Positions 10,990 to 23,414 are shown, numbered from the whole stretch's first letter. The stretch is 58,602 nucleotides of DNA, filler included, from Sphacelaria rigidula (GCA_964200075.2; 8 parts of 8 records of this genome joined end to end with filler, not necessarily neighbours in it), one strand, 5' to 3'. Numbers and translations are program-made. Notes: generated by a model not told the origin, from the letters alone.

Positions 10990-12300
10990 ATACTGGTTGT
11001 GCGTACATGCTACAAGGCACGATACCATGTGAGCCGATTTGTCGTGAACGGAAATTGCAAAGCTTGAATCAACATGGGGTATTTACCCTACCCCGGTCAG
11101 GGGAGGGGGCAGATCATTGATGCGATAATGTGTGTTATTATCATGGAAGTTGCATGTAACTTCAACGTCGTTCCCCCTGATTGATAGTTTTGCCTTTGCT
11201 GGATGGCTCCAAAGGGTGTGGGCGAGCCTAACATGCTTGAGAACTTCGGGGCTATGTGATGTCTGCTCCGATTTTGAAGAAATCAGACCCAACCATATAC
11301 TTTGACTATACTTCACGACCTTCAATATATGGGTGATCGTTTCCATGTGCACCTAATAACCGCATCTCATACATGGCCGTGTATACAACTGATAGAGAAT
11401 GGCATTATTACGCTGCCGTCCGCTAATGCACGAAAATCTGTTTGTGTAACCGTAATGTCAAACTGGTTGTGCATACATGCTACCAGGCACGGTACTATGT
11501 AAGCCGAATAGCCGTGAACAGAAATTGCGAGGCTTGAATGAACGAAACATAAGGTATTTACTCTACCACCTGGTCAGGGGGGGCAAGTCATTAATGCTCG
11601 AAATAAATGCTATTTTGTCATGGAAAATGGATGAAAGCTCTACGTGATTCCCCTGTTTGATCGTTTGCGCCCTCGGTAAATATCTTCAAAGAGTATAAAC
11701 GAGCCATGCATGCGTAAAACAAATGGAGAGTTCTGTCAAGTTGTTTTAATTCTGAGAGATCAAACCCAACCATCTACTTGTAGTTATATTTCGACTGTGA
11801 ATACGTGGGTGGTTTTTTACAGGTCCACTGCTGAACATATCATTATTTGATCAATATTACTCGTAGCGGTGGATCACAGGACTGCATAAAGCCTGCAACA
11901 GTTGCTCGTCAACAATTATTGTTGGTGCCCGCCTGCCAAATTTCATGTAGCTACTCATGAGTGTGATAATTAACTCAGATCCACAACGATTGAGCGGCTA
12001 TGAGGGAACTGCATGCTAATGTGTTTGCATTCGGCCACCAGACGGATGCTCCGTCAGTTCCCGTTGACCGTCTATACTCGTGCACGCTCCGACAATCAAT
12101 TCGAAATGACCGTCTACTTGTGCACGCTCTGACAATCCATTCGAAGATGACCGTCTACGTGCGTGCTCCGACGATCAATTCGAAGATGACCGTCTACCTG
12201 TGCGCGCTATGATCGTCCCGGGGGCAGGGCTACATTCTTCTGGTCCGGAGAATCCATGGGTTCCACACATTCCTTTGCCGGATTTACACCGGAAATAATC
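10990..12300. repeat. Diverged tandem duplication (~470-bp period) plus repeat copy B
   Basis: ACTGGTTGTGC.TACATGCTAC.AGGCACG.TAC.ATGT.AGCCGA at 10992 and 11462, each followed by the GGTCAGGGG motif. Confidence 0.7.
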
Positions 12301-12518
12301 TGATGGAAGTCGTTGACTTGTAATAAACGACTCGTGTGTTTATCGTGGAGACTATGCAAGTTGCCAACATACAAGCCGGGCATCGAATGGGTGGACGAGA
12401 AAGTCGTATGAACCACATATATACATATATGCTTGCACCATGCAGCGAACAAGCAGGATTTGATTGCATACAGGAAAATGGGCGAGGATGAAGGCTCAAG
12501 ATGTCAAGACCATGCTTA

Positions 12519-13040
12519 TCGAACGGTTGACAGGGGGCCAGGAGTTTCCCTTGTGCGTGCGAACAGGTTGACAGAGATCCAGGATTTCCCATGTGTTTTC
12601 GAGCAGGTTGACAGGGAGCCAGGATTGTCCATATGAATTCGAACAGGTTGACAGGGGAGCCAGGAGTTTCCCATGTGTTTTCGAACAGGTTGACAGGGGG
12701 CCAGGAGTTTCCCTTGTGCGTGCGAACAGGTTGACAGAGGTCCAGGATTTCCCATGTGTTTTCGAACAGGTTGACAGGGGGCCAAGAGTTTCCCTTGTGC
12801 GTGCGAACAGGTTGACAGAGATCCAGGACTTCCCATGTGTTTTCGAACAGGTTGACAGGGGGCCAGGAGTTGCCCATGTGGTTTCGAACAGGTTGACAGA
12901 GATCCAGGACTTCCCATGTGTTTTCGAGCAGGTTGACAGGGAGTCAGGATTTCCCATGTGGTTTCGAATAGGTTGATAGGGAAGCCAGGAGTTGCCCATG
13001 TGTTTTCGAACAGGTTGACAGGGGGCCAGGAGTTTCCCAT
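12519..13040. repeat. Minisatellite, 13 units of 40-42 bp with partial dimeric (81-bp) higher-order structure
   Basis: Consensus TCGAACAGGTTGACAGGGGGCCAGGAGTTTCCCATGTGTTT; variants GGGGGCCAGGAG and AGATCCAGGA(T/C) alternate; no spacers. Confidence 0.95.
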
Positions 13041-13369
13041 GCGTCTTAGAACAGCGCGAACGCCATTTTAGCCGAAGCGAGTAGGAACGATGCACGACAG
13101 CTGTGGGTACAGGCTGAAGTTTGGCACCACAGCAACAGTAGCCACCGCTCACCAGTAACGGTGTTGCTGGACACCGGGGCAGGGGGGGGGAGCTATGCAT
13201 CAAAGTAGTGGTGGAAGTCTTTGGTGATTTGGGGGAACATATCGGGCAAACTACAGCGGCAAGGAGCAAGATTTGTGAGGGGCAGCAAACCCTAGTGACA
13301 GCAGGACGCCGTCGATGAAGATTTTGGCGTTAGCTGAGATCACGACAGTTCTGCAACTGAACACATTGA

Positions 13370-13822
13370 CAGATAGGAAAGTGCAGAACGTTAAGATCAG
13401 GATCGTCCTCGGAGTGGGCCTATCGAGGGTTGTTTCATGACGGAGCCGAATCTCACTGGCTTTCAGAGGAGGAAGTTTTGGACAGTTTCACTGGGCTACA
13501 GTTGGACGTGTTTCATGCCTTGTGGGAACTATATAACCCGCAAACTAAACCACGCCCATCCGTTAACCCATCTCGAGCGGAAAGAGACTCTTTTGCTCGG
13601 GATGAAGCTTTGCGACTCATTCCTCGAGGGACCAGAATACGTAAACAGTTTGTGGACAACCAAGGTGAGCGGCAGGAGTTCGACGGGGAAGTGTTCGACT
13701 TCCGTCAGCCGTATGACCGTATCAAGGATGAGGATGGGGATTGGAAAGAGATGACGTCGTCGAATGTGCGGAAATATGCGGTGAAGGAACAGGGTACCGG
13801 AACCGCTTTAGGATCTAATTAA
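13370..13822 (+). pseudogene. Retrotransposon Pol C-terminus with a divergent chromodomain-like and a Tudor-like domain
   Basis: EWAYRGLFHDGAESHWLSEEEV (chromo-like) followed by GTRIRKQF...FDGEVFDF...Y.RI..EDGDWKEM (Tudor-like pattern). Confidence 0.6.
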
Positions 13823-14076
13823 TGGAGAAAAGGGATCGTTCTGCACGGTGTTCAAATTCCCTACGTGGTCTAACCCAGAGCGGTCAACAAGAGCAAGGAC
13901 GCCTCCGGACTGGAAGGGATCGTCCTGCACGTTGTTTAAATTCCCTGCGTGGTCTAACCCGGCAGAACGATTATCAAGAACGACGGCTACACCCCGACGC
14001 TGAGCACTCGGAAGAGGGACATGATAACGCGGCGATCCATCGTGTGAATCACGTCAGTCCCAGGGTTTTCAATCCT

Positions 14077-14091
14077 AGGACTGAGGGGGGG
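14077..14091 (+). promoter_or_regulatory. Polypurine tract (PPT)
   Basis: AGGACTGAGGGGGGG directly abuts the TGTTA LTR start. Confidence 0.75.
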
Positions 14092-14508
14092 TGTTACGGA
14101 TCGTGGCGTGATGCGGTGGAAAGGGTGACAGTACAATGATGGGCCGTTGATTCGGAACGAAGATACGCGCCCGGAGGGCTGATTGCGGGGACTGGCTAGT
14201 ACCCGCAGTCAGGGGTGAGGATGTTGAGTAATCCGTCAAGATACGGAGTACATAAAAATATGCCTCTTGAATCTGGTTGAATCCTCCAATTCTTTCTAAG
14301 AATCGGTGCAATGCTATGATGCCCTGGTGTTCAGAACTTCTCGAAAAGGCTCTGGCTATCAACACCAAGGAACGAAAGAACATCGAATCACCTGAAGCTG
14401 TGAACAAAGATATCCTGACGGTCGACGTGTACTGTACTGGGTTGGACTGTCTCCCCACGTGCTGTGAGCTTACGATTGTTACAAGAATAACGGTGAGACG
14501 GTTTAACA
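14092..14508 (+). repeat. 3' LTR (417 bp) of the gypsy remnant
   Basis: Inverted termini TGTTA...TAACA after the PPT; no partner LTR within this contig. Confidence 0.65.
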
Positions 14509-14577
14509 GCCGATCCTAATTTTCGGGGTTGAAACATAAAATGAGGTTGAAGTCCCATTTCTCCATTGCAGGGAAGA

Positions 14578-14677
14578 NNNNNNNNNNNNNNNNNNNNNNN
14601 NNNNNNNNNNNNNNNNNNNNNTTAATTAATTAANNNNNNNNNNNNNNNNNNNNNNNNNNNNNNNNNNNNNNNNNNNN
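14578..14677. other. Artificial contig-joining linker
   Basis: N44-TTAATTAATTAA-N44. Confidence 0.98.
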
Positions 14678-15059
14678 CCCCCGCGCCCCCCCACGAAAAG
14701 AGGGCGTGGGGAATTAACAAACAACTCGGCCCAGGAACAAAATAGTGCCCCCCCCCCCCCCCCCCCCCAAAGCGGGAAACACCTTATTTTAGGATATTTG
14801 GATTATCTGCGAGTCAGTATCACGCGCAAACGCGAAAGATAAACTAGGTCATATAGCTCGGGTGTGTGGGAAACGCACGCAAGAAACCGCAGTCCAATCC
14901 CCCGCTTCGTCGCCGAGATAGAAGCGTTGCGTGATCGGCACTTTTGGGTTGAGGATCAGTAGCGTCTTTCGAGGTCGAAGATGACAAATTCAAGACAAAA
15001 TCGGTGCGCGTATTTTATTTCCTGCCGCAAGCAAGTTGTGACGATACTGTATGCAGTTT

Positions 15060-15895
15060 GGTTGCGTGCCACCAGGCGTTGCTTTCTTCTGTGCGGCTGT
15101 GCACCAAGGGCAATTTCGCCTTTCAACGGCGAGTATCATTTCGAGTGTTGAATTACAGAGGAAGAGTTCACAGGAGAAAGATAAAGCTGGCGGCTACTTC
15201 GGGTTGGGGCTCCAGTGCCGAAGCCAAGGCGGCGATTCTAGTGCTCGTATGTGCACTGCCTTACACCTGCTGGCGACTGCGGTCATTTTTTTTGTAACTG
15301 TCTGTATATACTATTAATAATACAAGAATGAGATGCAAACTATCCGACGTCCGGTAAGCTTCGTTTTGGGCTGCGTGCAGTGTGTGGCGGCATTTCACTT
15401 TGTGGCGCGCCACCAGGTGCTGCTTCGTTCTGTACGGCTATGCACAGAGGGCAAATTCGCCTTTCAACAGCGAATACCCTTCATGCTTTGAGTTGCCGAG
15501 GGCGGAGTCACACATAAACTTCGGCTGTTGTGCCTGAGGATTCCAGCGGAGAAGCCAAGGCGCAAGAGCGATTTTATTTTGGACTACGCACTGAATGAAT
15601 TTGTATGACCAGGTCGGCACAGCCACGATGTTGCAAGTGACTGCCTGTACATACTGAAAATGACATGCAACCCATTCGGTTTGCGCCAACTTGCATCTTC
15701 GACCCCATGTCATTTTTTGGCCTCAATCAATGTCATGACATTTGCTTCGGTGGCGGTACGCCATGTGCTGCTCTGTTCTGTAGGGCTCTGTTCTGTGGGA
15801 ATGTGCACAAAGGACAACCTCATGTATCATGAGCGAATACCCTTTATCGCTCGACTTGTAGAGGACGAGTTCACAGATGAAATACGGCTGTAGGT
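15060..15895. repeat. Three highly diverged tandem copies (~345-bp period)
   Basis: CACCAGG.G.TGCTT..TTCTGT.CGGCT.TGCAC...GGGCAA.TTCGCCTTTCAAC at 15070 and 15411, with a weaker copy near 15760. Confidence 0.6.
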
Positions 15896-17244
15896 GGCAG
15901 ACGGTTTCGAGGCAGAACCCAAGGCGTTGAAGATGCTGATCTGAATAAAGTGAAACAGACCGTGCCCAAGCGGCTGACAAGATGGGGTTCCTTCCACTCA
16001 TGCCATGACCCTGACCCCATGGGGCCCACGAGAAATTCACTCTCCAATCCCGCAGTCACAGCTGTGTGTAGGACATGCAGCTCGCGGCCAATCCGCGCAG
16101 CATGAGCCTCTTGATCGTCACTATCATCAATATCGCTCTGTGTAGTTTTCACATGCGCGACGCTGCTCCTCATGATCTCCGAATTTCTGTACTTTCTTGT
16201 TCTAGCACTACTATGTCAGGCACGCCCTTCACTGTAGTTACGTTGGTGTGTGGCCGCCACAACAGCTGCTGTTTGTGTTAATGTCATGTTATCTTTGCAA
16301 TGATAGTAAACGTGAGATGGCAGCTCGGGGGCGTGTGCTTCCCGAGTGGTGAAGACAGAAGGACGATTCCTAGTGCAACGAGATTGTCCATCTGCTGATG
16401 TGGAGCGAGCTTTCCGGAGGAATAATATCACCTCAACACCGACCAATCCCAGGCTTGAATAAATGTACTAGAAATATAGTTCGTTTTGTGAGCCAGATCG
16501 TTATTTTCAGGTGACGCGTGTATTTTCCATTGATATCATTCGTTGGATAACAGGCCACGTGTGGCGAATATGGCGTTCAGCTTGCACTTTCCAGGAATTT
16601 AGTACCCCAAATCGGCCCCCATTCCTACCTGTAACTGTATGGGCTTCGAGTCCGGTGAAGAAGGGCAGCTCGAACGGCATGCAACACTTGCCAGCGTCCT
16701 CCCGGCCTTGGACCGTGCACAGCACGACCCACACATCACCCTGTCGTTCACGGGTGCTGTTTCATGGCCAGCACGATGGTGTAGGAATTGACATCGTTGC
16801 CTATGATCGAGACGTGGAGTATCGGTTTGTGCTGTTTGGTCATCGAAGATCCCCCCAACATTCTGCACAAAAACGAGTCATACACGCAGGATAACACCCC
16901 GGAGATTGATTATTGGGAGGATACTTGCACGATGCTACCTGCTCGCATACAGCGGCGATGATAGCAATGAGAAACATCACCCAGAATCGGCCTGTTCTTT
17001 AGTACAAAAGGGCATGCCCTGTCCAAGGGCGAGGTAACGAGGATGCAATTTTGGATGTGATGTCACCGGGGAAGTTCAGCACACGAACTCGCTTTGGACA
17101 TAGAAATAATATATTTCGATCTCGTTGCATGTTGCGCCGACCTCGGCCGATTTGATCGCCTCACTAATATAGGCTCCCAGATGACTTGAGGTCTTCATCA
17201 GTATCTTGGCTGTGTGTATCGAAGGACCATACCCGATGCTCCAC

Positions 17245-17500
17245 TTTGATTTGATTGATTATCGCACTTTGACTGACGCCCCAGGGATCTAGCCGGGGTC
17301 GCATGATAGACGTACCCAAGAAGAAAAAAACTGAAATACTCGTTGAAAAAAAAGAAGCAACGCGAAAAAAAGCAACATAACAACATGGTAGACTAGGACG
17401 TACAAAAAACAGAAAAGAAAATAACAAAGCATGAATGAAAAGGAAAGAAAAGACAGAAATAAATGACCGGGTCTCTGCCGCACGGCTTCAGCGTACAAGG
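17245..17500 (-). mobile_element. 3' end of a non-LTR retroelement with AAAGTGCGA(AATC)n tail
   Basis: Minus strand shows a T-rich 3' UTR then CAGTCAAAGTGCGATAATCAATCAAATCAAA; matches the end at 27917-27953. Confidence 0.65.
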
Positions 17501-18614
17501 TCTTGCGCAAAACCACACATATTCAGTCGTAGGAAAACATCGAACCCTACTCCACTATAAATGGTGAAGGTGTATTGTGGACCAATGTGTCGCTTACTCC
17601 CACCCCTAGAATCGTTCACAGGGCGGCAAAAAGCCAGAGGTGTCGATTTCTTACCCCCAATGTAACAGTCATCCCACATCTCCTCACAGGTGACGAACTG
17701 GGGGGGAATTTCTGATGGCGAAAAAAGTCGCAAACGAAGCGCAACGTTTGTCGCCGTAGGTACCGCAGAGTACGAGAATACGGTTTATTAAATCCTTAGG
17801 TGAGGTGGTACATCACCCTCTGAGCGGCACCCTCGGTTGACGAGTTTTCGAGTATTTTTCGCGTTTGTATCTGCAGTACTGTGAAGGGACACGTTGATTA
17901 CCACTCGGGTGACGATCGATCCGTGATGATGAGGTCCCAGGCCCGGATCATTCACCACCCGGAGGTCGTGTTCACCTCACTCTGCAGCAAAGCGGAGATA
18001 ATCTCCTATAAACGATGAACAGTACTTGGTTTTGCTGCTCTGTCAAACCGAGGAACGAATACGAAGTTGGTCGATACACAACAGGTGTTCGTGACAACGT
18101 TTTAGGCATGCTTTGCGACAAGGTAGCTCTGGCTTTGACGACTTGGAGCGTGGGCTTTATGTTGAGAAATTGATGCGTTTTTGACGGGGGGCGCGTTTGG
18201 TCGTGATGGTATGGTGCCTGCAACAAAGTTGGGAAGGCTGTGACGTGTGTGTCTGAAAACGTACGTCTCGGGCACTCTATAGACACGCTAGCATAGCTCC
18301 GGGCACACCCGAGGTATGGCCTCACCAGAACCAAGGGCGTGTTTCCGGCACAAGAACCACCTGCCATTGTAGTTGTGGGTTGCGCCATCGAGTTCTGACA
18401 GCAAGCGTGTTTGCGTCGGTGTGCGTAATTGTACGGCTCGGACGTTAGTTCATAAGGGTTGACTCCTCATCAACATTGAATCCGAAACATGGACAAGAGA
18501 TTTATTCGTGATGAATCACAAACTGGGGATGTGTACATTCCAAGTAGTGTTGAACGAATCAAGAGTGCAAAAAAATGTTATAATCGAAATTGCTCTGTGA
18601 ATCATCGGTAGGAA

Positions 18615-18857
18615 ACATCTACGCATGATTTATGCTGCATAAATGGAAGTTGGGGAACATGTACGCATGATTTACCTCGTATGAACGGAAGGCGGAAAGC
18701 ATGTATGATTCATGCTGCATGGATGGAGATTTAGAAACATGTTCGTTTGGGTCACCTCGTAGGAATAGAAGGTGATGGGTATGTACCCATGATTCATGCT
18801 TTATAAATGAAGGGGGAGATACATGTGCCTATCACTCATGCCGTATGAATAAAAGGT
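18615..18857. repeat. Degenerate ~41-bp minisatellite, about 6 units alternating A/B
   Basis: CATGTACGCATGATT(T/C)ATGCTGCATAAATGGAAG alternates with ...CACCTCGTA.GAA..GAAGG. Confidence 0.6.
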
Positions 18858-19247
18858 TTCGTGCTACTGCTGTCCGATGCACACATTGTACAGTGAGGTG
18901 CTGTCCTGTACTGTACTGTTGGCTATGCTTATCGGAGCCAAAACATGAAGTTTTTTTTAAACGTGTGTAGGATCTTCCAGATGGAAAATCGCACAAGCCA
19001 ATGACATGCGGAAGTTCCACCCGGTCGGTCGGCAAAGAAGCGCCAAAGGCCATCTGCACCCACGACACGCACACCTCCATGCTGCATTGCATCGCCCGTA
19101 CGGTCTGTTCATCCTTCATTTTCACGTCAAAACTGTGATACTGCAACACAGATGAGACACCCTCGGGGTGCCCGTCTGTATAGGTCGAGAGGAAGCCGAT
19201 CTCAAACACACACAGGACCGTACAGCATTGCGATGCTTTATATGTGC

Positions 19248-20515
19248 ATGTATCATTTGACATTTTTCACTGCTCTTGCCGAATTTTCTCTGGCATGAAG
19301 GCATTTCATCCCGCGCTTTCTTTTTCAGCGCACGAAGAAGGCGCAGCGGTACATTACCGTTCAGGTTTGGGTGTCATCTGATTCCTGTGGCACGTGCTCT
19401 GGCCGCCGAAAGTCGTTCAAACTGGCTTTTTTTCGTGGGGTGTCGATCCCGAACCACAAAAGCCTTTTCAAGATCATGGAAAACTTCAAACAGGGACCCG
19501 AACCACCGAATATCTGTTGAACATCATCGTTCGGATAGGATAACTTTTGGGGGGGTATTTTTACACCTCGATTTTCTTTGCGTTTTCGTTGATTTGGGAG
19601 CACGAAGACAGCGGTTAACCAGTGAATGTCACGAGAACATGAGAGTAAAGCAGTTGAAAATAATTGAACAGTGCCTTGGCCTTAGTCAGCAGCAAACACG
19701 AGACTAATGATCTGAGATGCCTTATTATTTAGTCTTGACGTGAAGCCTCCAACACCGTCATATCTGCGTAATGTGTGTCCCAGTGTTGCAAGCCCAACAG
19801 TCCTCATCGTTCTACGTCGTACCTAGAACAAGACCCATGGGTTCTGTCCATAGGAAACTTCTAACCAGAGGAAAGTTTCCTCGGGTGTCGGCTAGATTGC
19901 TGTAGGAGATTTTCTTGGTCTGTGTACCTTGGGAGCCACGAAGCTACGTTTACGCTCAAAGCTCAAAGCCAACGCACACGATGCCATCAATCGGGTGTCG
20001 GCTAGACCGCTCCAGGAGATTTGTTGAATTGTCTGTGAACCTTGGGAGTCAGAGTTATGTTTACTCCCAAGCTCAAAGCCAACGCACACGATGCCATTAA
20101 GCTCACATAATGTACGCACACGGTGCCATCAAGCCCACAGAATGTGAGGTTGACTGTACACCACACCACAAACTGTAAACAGGTGACCTAGACATAGTCC
20201 TGCATGCAGGGCTGCACCATCTGCAGAGGCATTAGCAATATGAAGTACTACAGATCCATCAAATGCTTTCCATGTGAACAATGTACGTGCAAAGCACTGG
20301 GATGTTCACTATCAGCTCTCGTGAGATTTGTCCTGTCCTCAACGCGCCGTCATAGCTTGATCGACAGAGTGCTCTGCTGTATCAGAGTGGCGAGAGCTCG
20401 TAACTCTCTGAGGATATCGTGCTATAATATACAGCAACAGCCTCGCGTATCCATATATTTTCGACTTGCGTCACCCCCGGGAGGCCCGTACCAACCTCCC
20501 GAAGGGTAACCTTGT
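19248..20515. repeat. Dispersed repeat, long form (short form at 22110-22425)
   Basis: 19248-19485 and 20452-20515 match the contiguous 22110-22425 sequence; the extra middle includes a ~110-bp tandem duplication (19882-20100). Confidence 0.75.
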
Positions 20516-21915
20516 CTTACAGTATGATTTTGTCTTCTCCCCCCCGTTGCGTTCATTCCGTTCGTCTATGGGTATCACCAAGGATCAGATTAAACCAAAC
20601 CCTTCAACAGCGTCATCCCTTCCTGCCTCCAGTTGTAAAATAAAGTCCTTGGACCGCCAAGGTAGGCCTTCATTTTTTCAAGTAAATATTACGCCCATGA
20701 AACACAACTGACCCATTCTGAGGGTAGCTGTCGTCTGTGTAAATGGACAAAGCCGAAGTGCACAGTACAACACAGTACAGCGCAGTGTTAGCTCCTCTGT
20801 GCCTCCCGCCGCATTCATCCATTCATCTGTGGGTATCGCCGAGTATAGGATTACTCCTTCGAAGAGCGTCACTTCTTCCCGCCCGCTTTAAAAGTGATGC
20901 TTGATCGCCAGGATGGTGTCTTGCCTTTTTTTTTCAAGTCAACAGCTCTGGAGACGGTTATCTCTCCTTAAAACTGTCTCTGAAGTTCAACTCTTCGACG
21001 TCCAATTGAATCATCTGGGTTGTGCATTCATTTTTCAAGTGAAAAGTATGCCAATACAGCATATGACCGACCCTGGGGTGAATGACACTTGTCTGTGTAT
21101 TCCCGACTTACAAGCTCAAGTCGCAGCGGGCGGATGCTGTAGAGGCGGTACGGCGAACATGACGGCCAATATAATCAACACAACAGACGAAGAGAAGAGC
21201 ATAACAGTCACCATGATGTTGTCTGTTCCAGTACGTATGTTCTTTACCTTGAGTTCCCTGTGCGGCTGTGTCCACAAGCGGCGGCGCCTTTCTCAACAGA
21301 AAATGTTAGAGCGCATCATACTTGCACATGTGCACGCACCGGAACATAGTTACTCCGCGACCGATTCAGACCTGCCCTCCGAGGTTCCCGCCGTGGTTCC
21401 TTCTGGCTGTAATTATTTTTCACTAACATCTATTGGGAACGGCGAGTTGCTCGCAACACTCCATTGAGGGATAGATTTTGCTCGCGCGGTTCTCTACGGT
21501 AACGGGCGCAATTCGAGAGCCGATTGTTGCGTTGGGTTCTTCAAACCCCAATGCATCATACTGCATCGGCCATTTCAGGGCACGTCCCGCGGTCACATCA
21601 GTGAGCCGCAAAATATTTCATGCGTCGGACGAGTCATTGCTCGTCCAAACGAGTGCACTCGTGGATGTTTTTTTTAAACACGATGAACATGACTAGTGTG
21701 CTCGAGTCTTCTTTTTTTTTCAACGAGCAATGACTCGTGTGCTCGCCTTATAAGTGTACTACTCAAGAGATACTTTCCGCCGCTTTAGTAGAACTCTGAT
21801 CTAATTTGACCTGTGTGGGGGGGGTGGGGGGTGGTGGGGGGGGTGTACCAATATTAATCTATGCCAAATTCTTAGCCCAATAGAGACCACAACCCGGCAG
21901 AACCCGCGTTGCGGC

Positions 21916-22015
21916 NNNNNNNNNNNNNNNNNNNNNNNNNNNNNNNNNNNNNNNNNNNNTTAATTAATTAANNNNNNNNNNNNNNNNNNNNNNNNNNNNN
22001 NNNNNNNNNNNNNNN
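21916..22015. other. Artificial contig-joining linker
   Basis: N44-TTAATTAATTAA-N44. Confidence 0.98.
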
Positions 22016-22109
22016 CGGTACCTATCTTGGTATTGCCTGTAGAGGTACTAACTTCAGGAGGCACGGTCGTGCAAGCGCTGTCAGTGCTTCAACGCGCAAT
22101 GTATATTAT

Positions 22110-22425
22110 GAACATGTATCATTTCACATTTTCACCGCTTTTTGCCGAGTTTCCTCCGGTGGCAAGGCATATTCTCCCACACGTCCTATTGCAGCGCACC
22201 GAGAAGGCTCAGCCGTACATTACCGTTCGGGTTTGGGCGCCATCTGATACCTGTGGCGCGTGTTCTGGCCACCGAAAGTCGCTCAAAGTGGCCCTTTTTC
22301 GCGCGGTGCCCATATCGAACCACAAAAGCCTTCCAGATCGTGGAAAACTGGACAAAATATATATTTTCGACTTGTGTCACCCCCGGGAGGCCCGTACCAA
22401 CCTTCCGAAGGGAACCTTGTATTCT
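22110..22425. repeat. Dispersed repeat, short form; abuts the truncated end of a copia element
   Basis: CGTACATTACCGTTCGGGTTTGGG and TCACCCCCGGGAGGCCCGTACCAACC are shared with 19248-20515. Confidence 0.75.
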
Positions 22426-22444
22426 GTATGCTTTGCTGTTGCCG

Positions 22445-23230
22445 CTATACCCCCAGAGTAATTCCGACCAGCCTTTTGGGCTCCAGCTCCCCGGTGTGCG
22501 TCTCGATATGAACAAAGGCCTTGGCTCCAAAGACCCGAAGGTGCATTCGGTTGGCCTCCTCGCCGAGTAGCTTTTTGTAAGGGGTCGCTATCCCGAGGGC
22601 TGAATGAGGCGACCGGTTGGCCACGTATGCCGCGGTGAACATCAATTTCTCCCCAAGAAATTTCGGCAGCGCACTGTCCTGGATGGAGCATTCACAGCAC
22701 GAATTCGGCCAGTGTTTACCTCGTCGCGCTCCGAGATGCCGACTTGCTCTGGCGTGTTGGTGCAAGCAAACTGGTGCCTGGTCGCCAGTATTTTTAACTT
22801 GCCTGGCGTGTATTCCCCACTTCGATTTCTGTTCGGACAATCACCCGAAACCGCACAGGAATACCCGTTTTCTTCACGTAGTCCACCATCGAGTCCACTG
22901 CCTCCTCCATCGTTGTGGTGAGGTAGACCTCCTTCCATCTGCTATTAATAGCGATGATCTTGCTCACGTACGTGTAACCCCCTATTGCTGCCCGCGTGAT
23001 TGCTCCCATCAAGTCGGTCTCAACCATCTCGACCGGCGTGGTGATGTTGTTTGTCACCGTCTTGGGGTGAGCCTGTTGGGCGCTCTTCCCAACAGCAGAG
23101 ACCTCACATCTTCCTATTGTCCCCGCCAACTCTATCTCGTTGCCGTTCTTCATCGCCAGTATTTGAAGAGCCCTTCCATTGAGGTGCCTTTTCCACCGGG
23201 CCACAGAGTAGCTGTCGTGCCGTCCGCCAA
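22445..23230 (-). pseudogene. Copia integrase (frameshifted)
   Basis: CEVSAVGKS..HPK...EMVETDLMG; NTPEQVGISER; AYVANRSPH...LRVFGAKAFVH. Confidence 0.85.
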
Positions 23231-23414
23231 CGCAAGTGCCCGTTGTCTTTGAACCAAATGAGGGATGGTGGTTGCCCTCTCAATTTCCAAGGTGATGATG
23301 TAGAGGTTTTCGCCGCGTAACTTCGGCGCGAATGTTGCTGATTCCAGGCGAGGTTGAGAGAGGTCGGAGATTGTGGTGACTTTATTTCGTGTAGCCTTGT
23401 TGACCGAGAACGGA

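Larger units (their letters stand above)
13150..14508 (+). mobile_element. Internally deleted Ty3/gypsy-type LTR retrotransposon remnant (protease motif, Pol C-terminus, PPT, 3' LTR)
   Basis: VTVLLDTGAG at ~13155-13184; chromo/Tudor-like ORF ending at 13822; PPT at 14077-14091; LTR TGTTA...TAACA at 14092-14508. Confidence 0.7.

Noticed and set aside
12519-13040. CRISPR-like array
   Set aside because: Units are contiguous with no unique spacers, there are no cas genes and the context is eukaryotic. The long ORFs over it are repeat artefacts.
17180-17230. Hammerhead ribozyme core (minus-strand CTGATGAAGACC...); also CTGATGA at ~29456-29462
   Set aside because: The required stem II closure and GAAA are absent; at most a truncated remnant.
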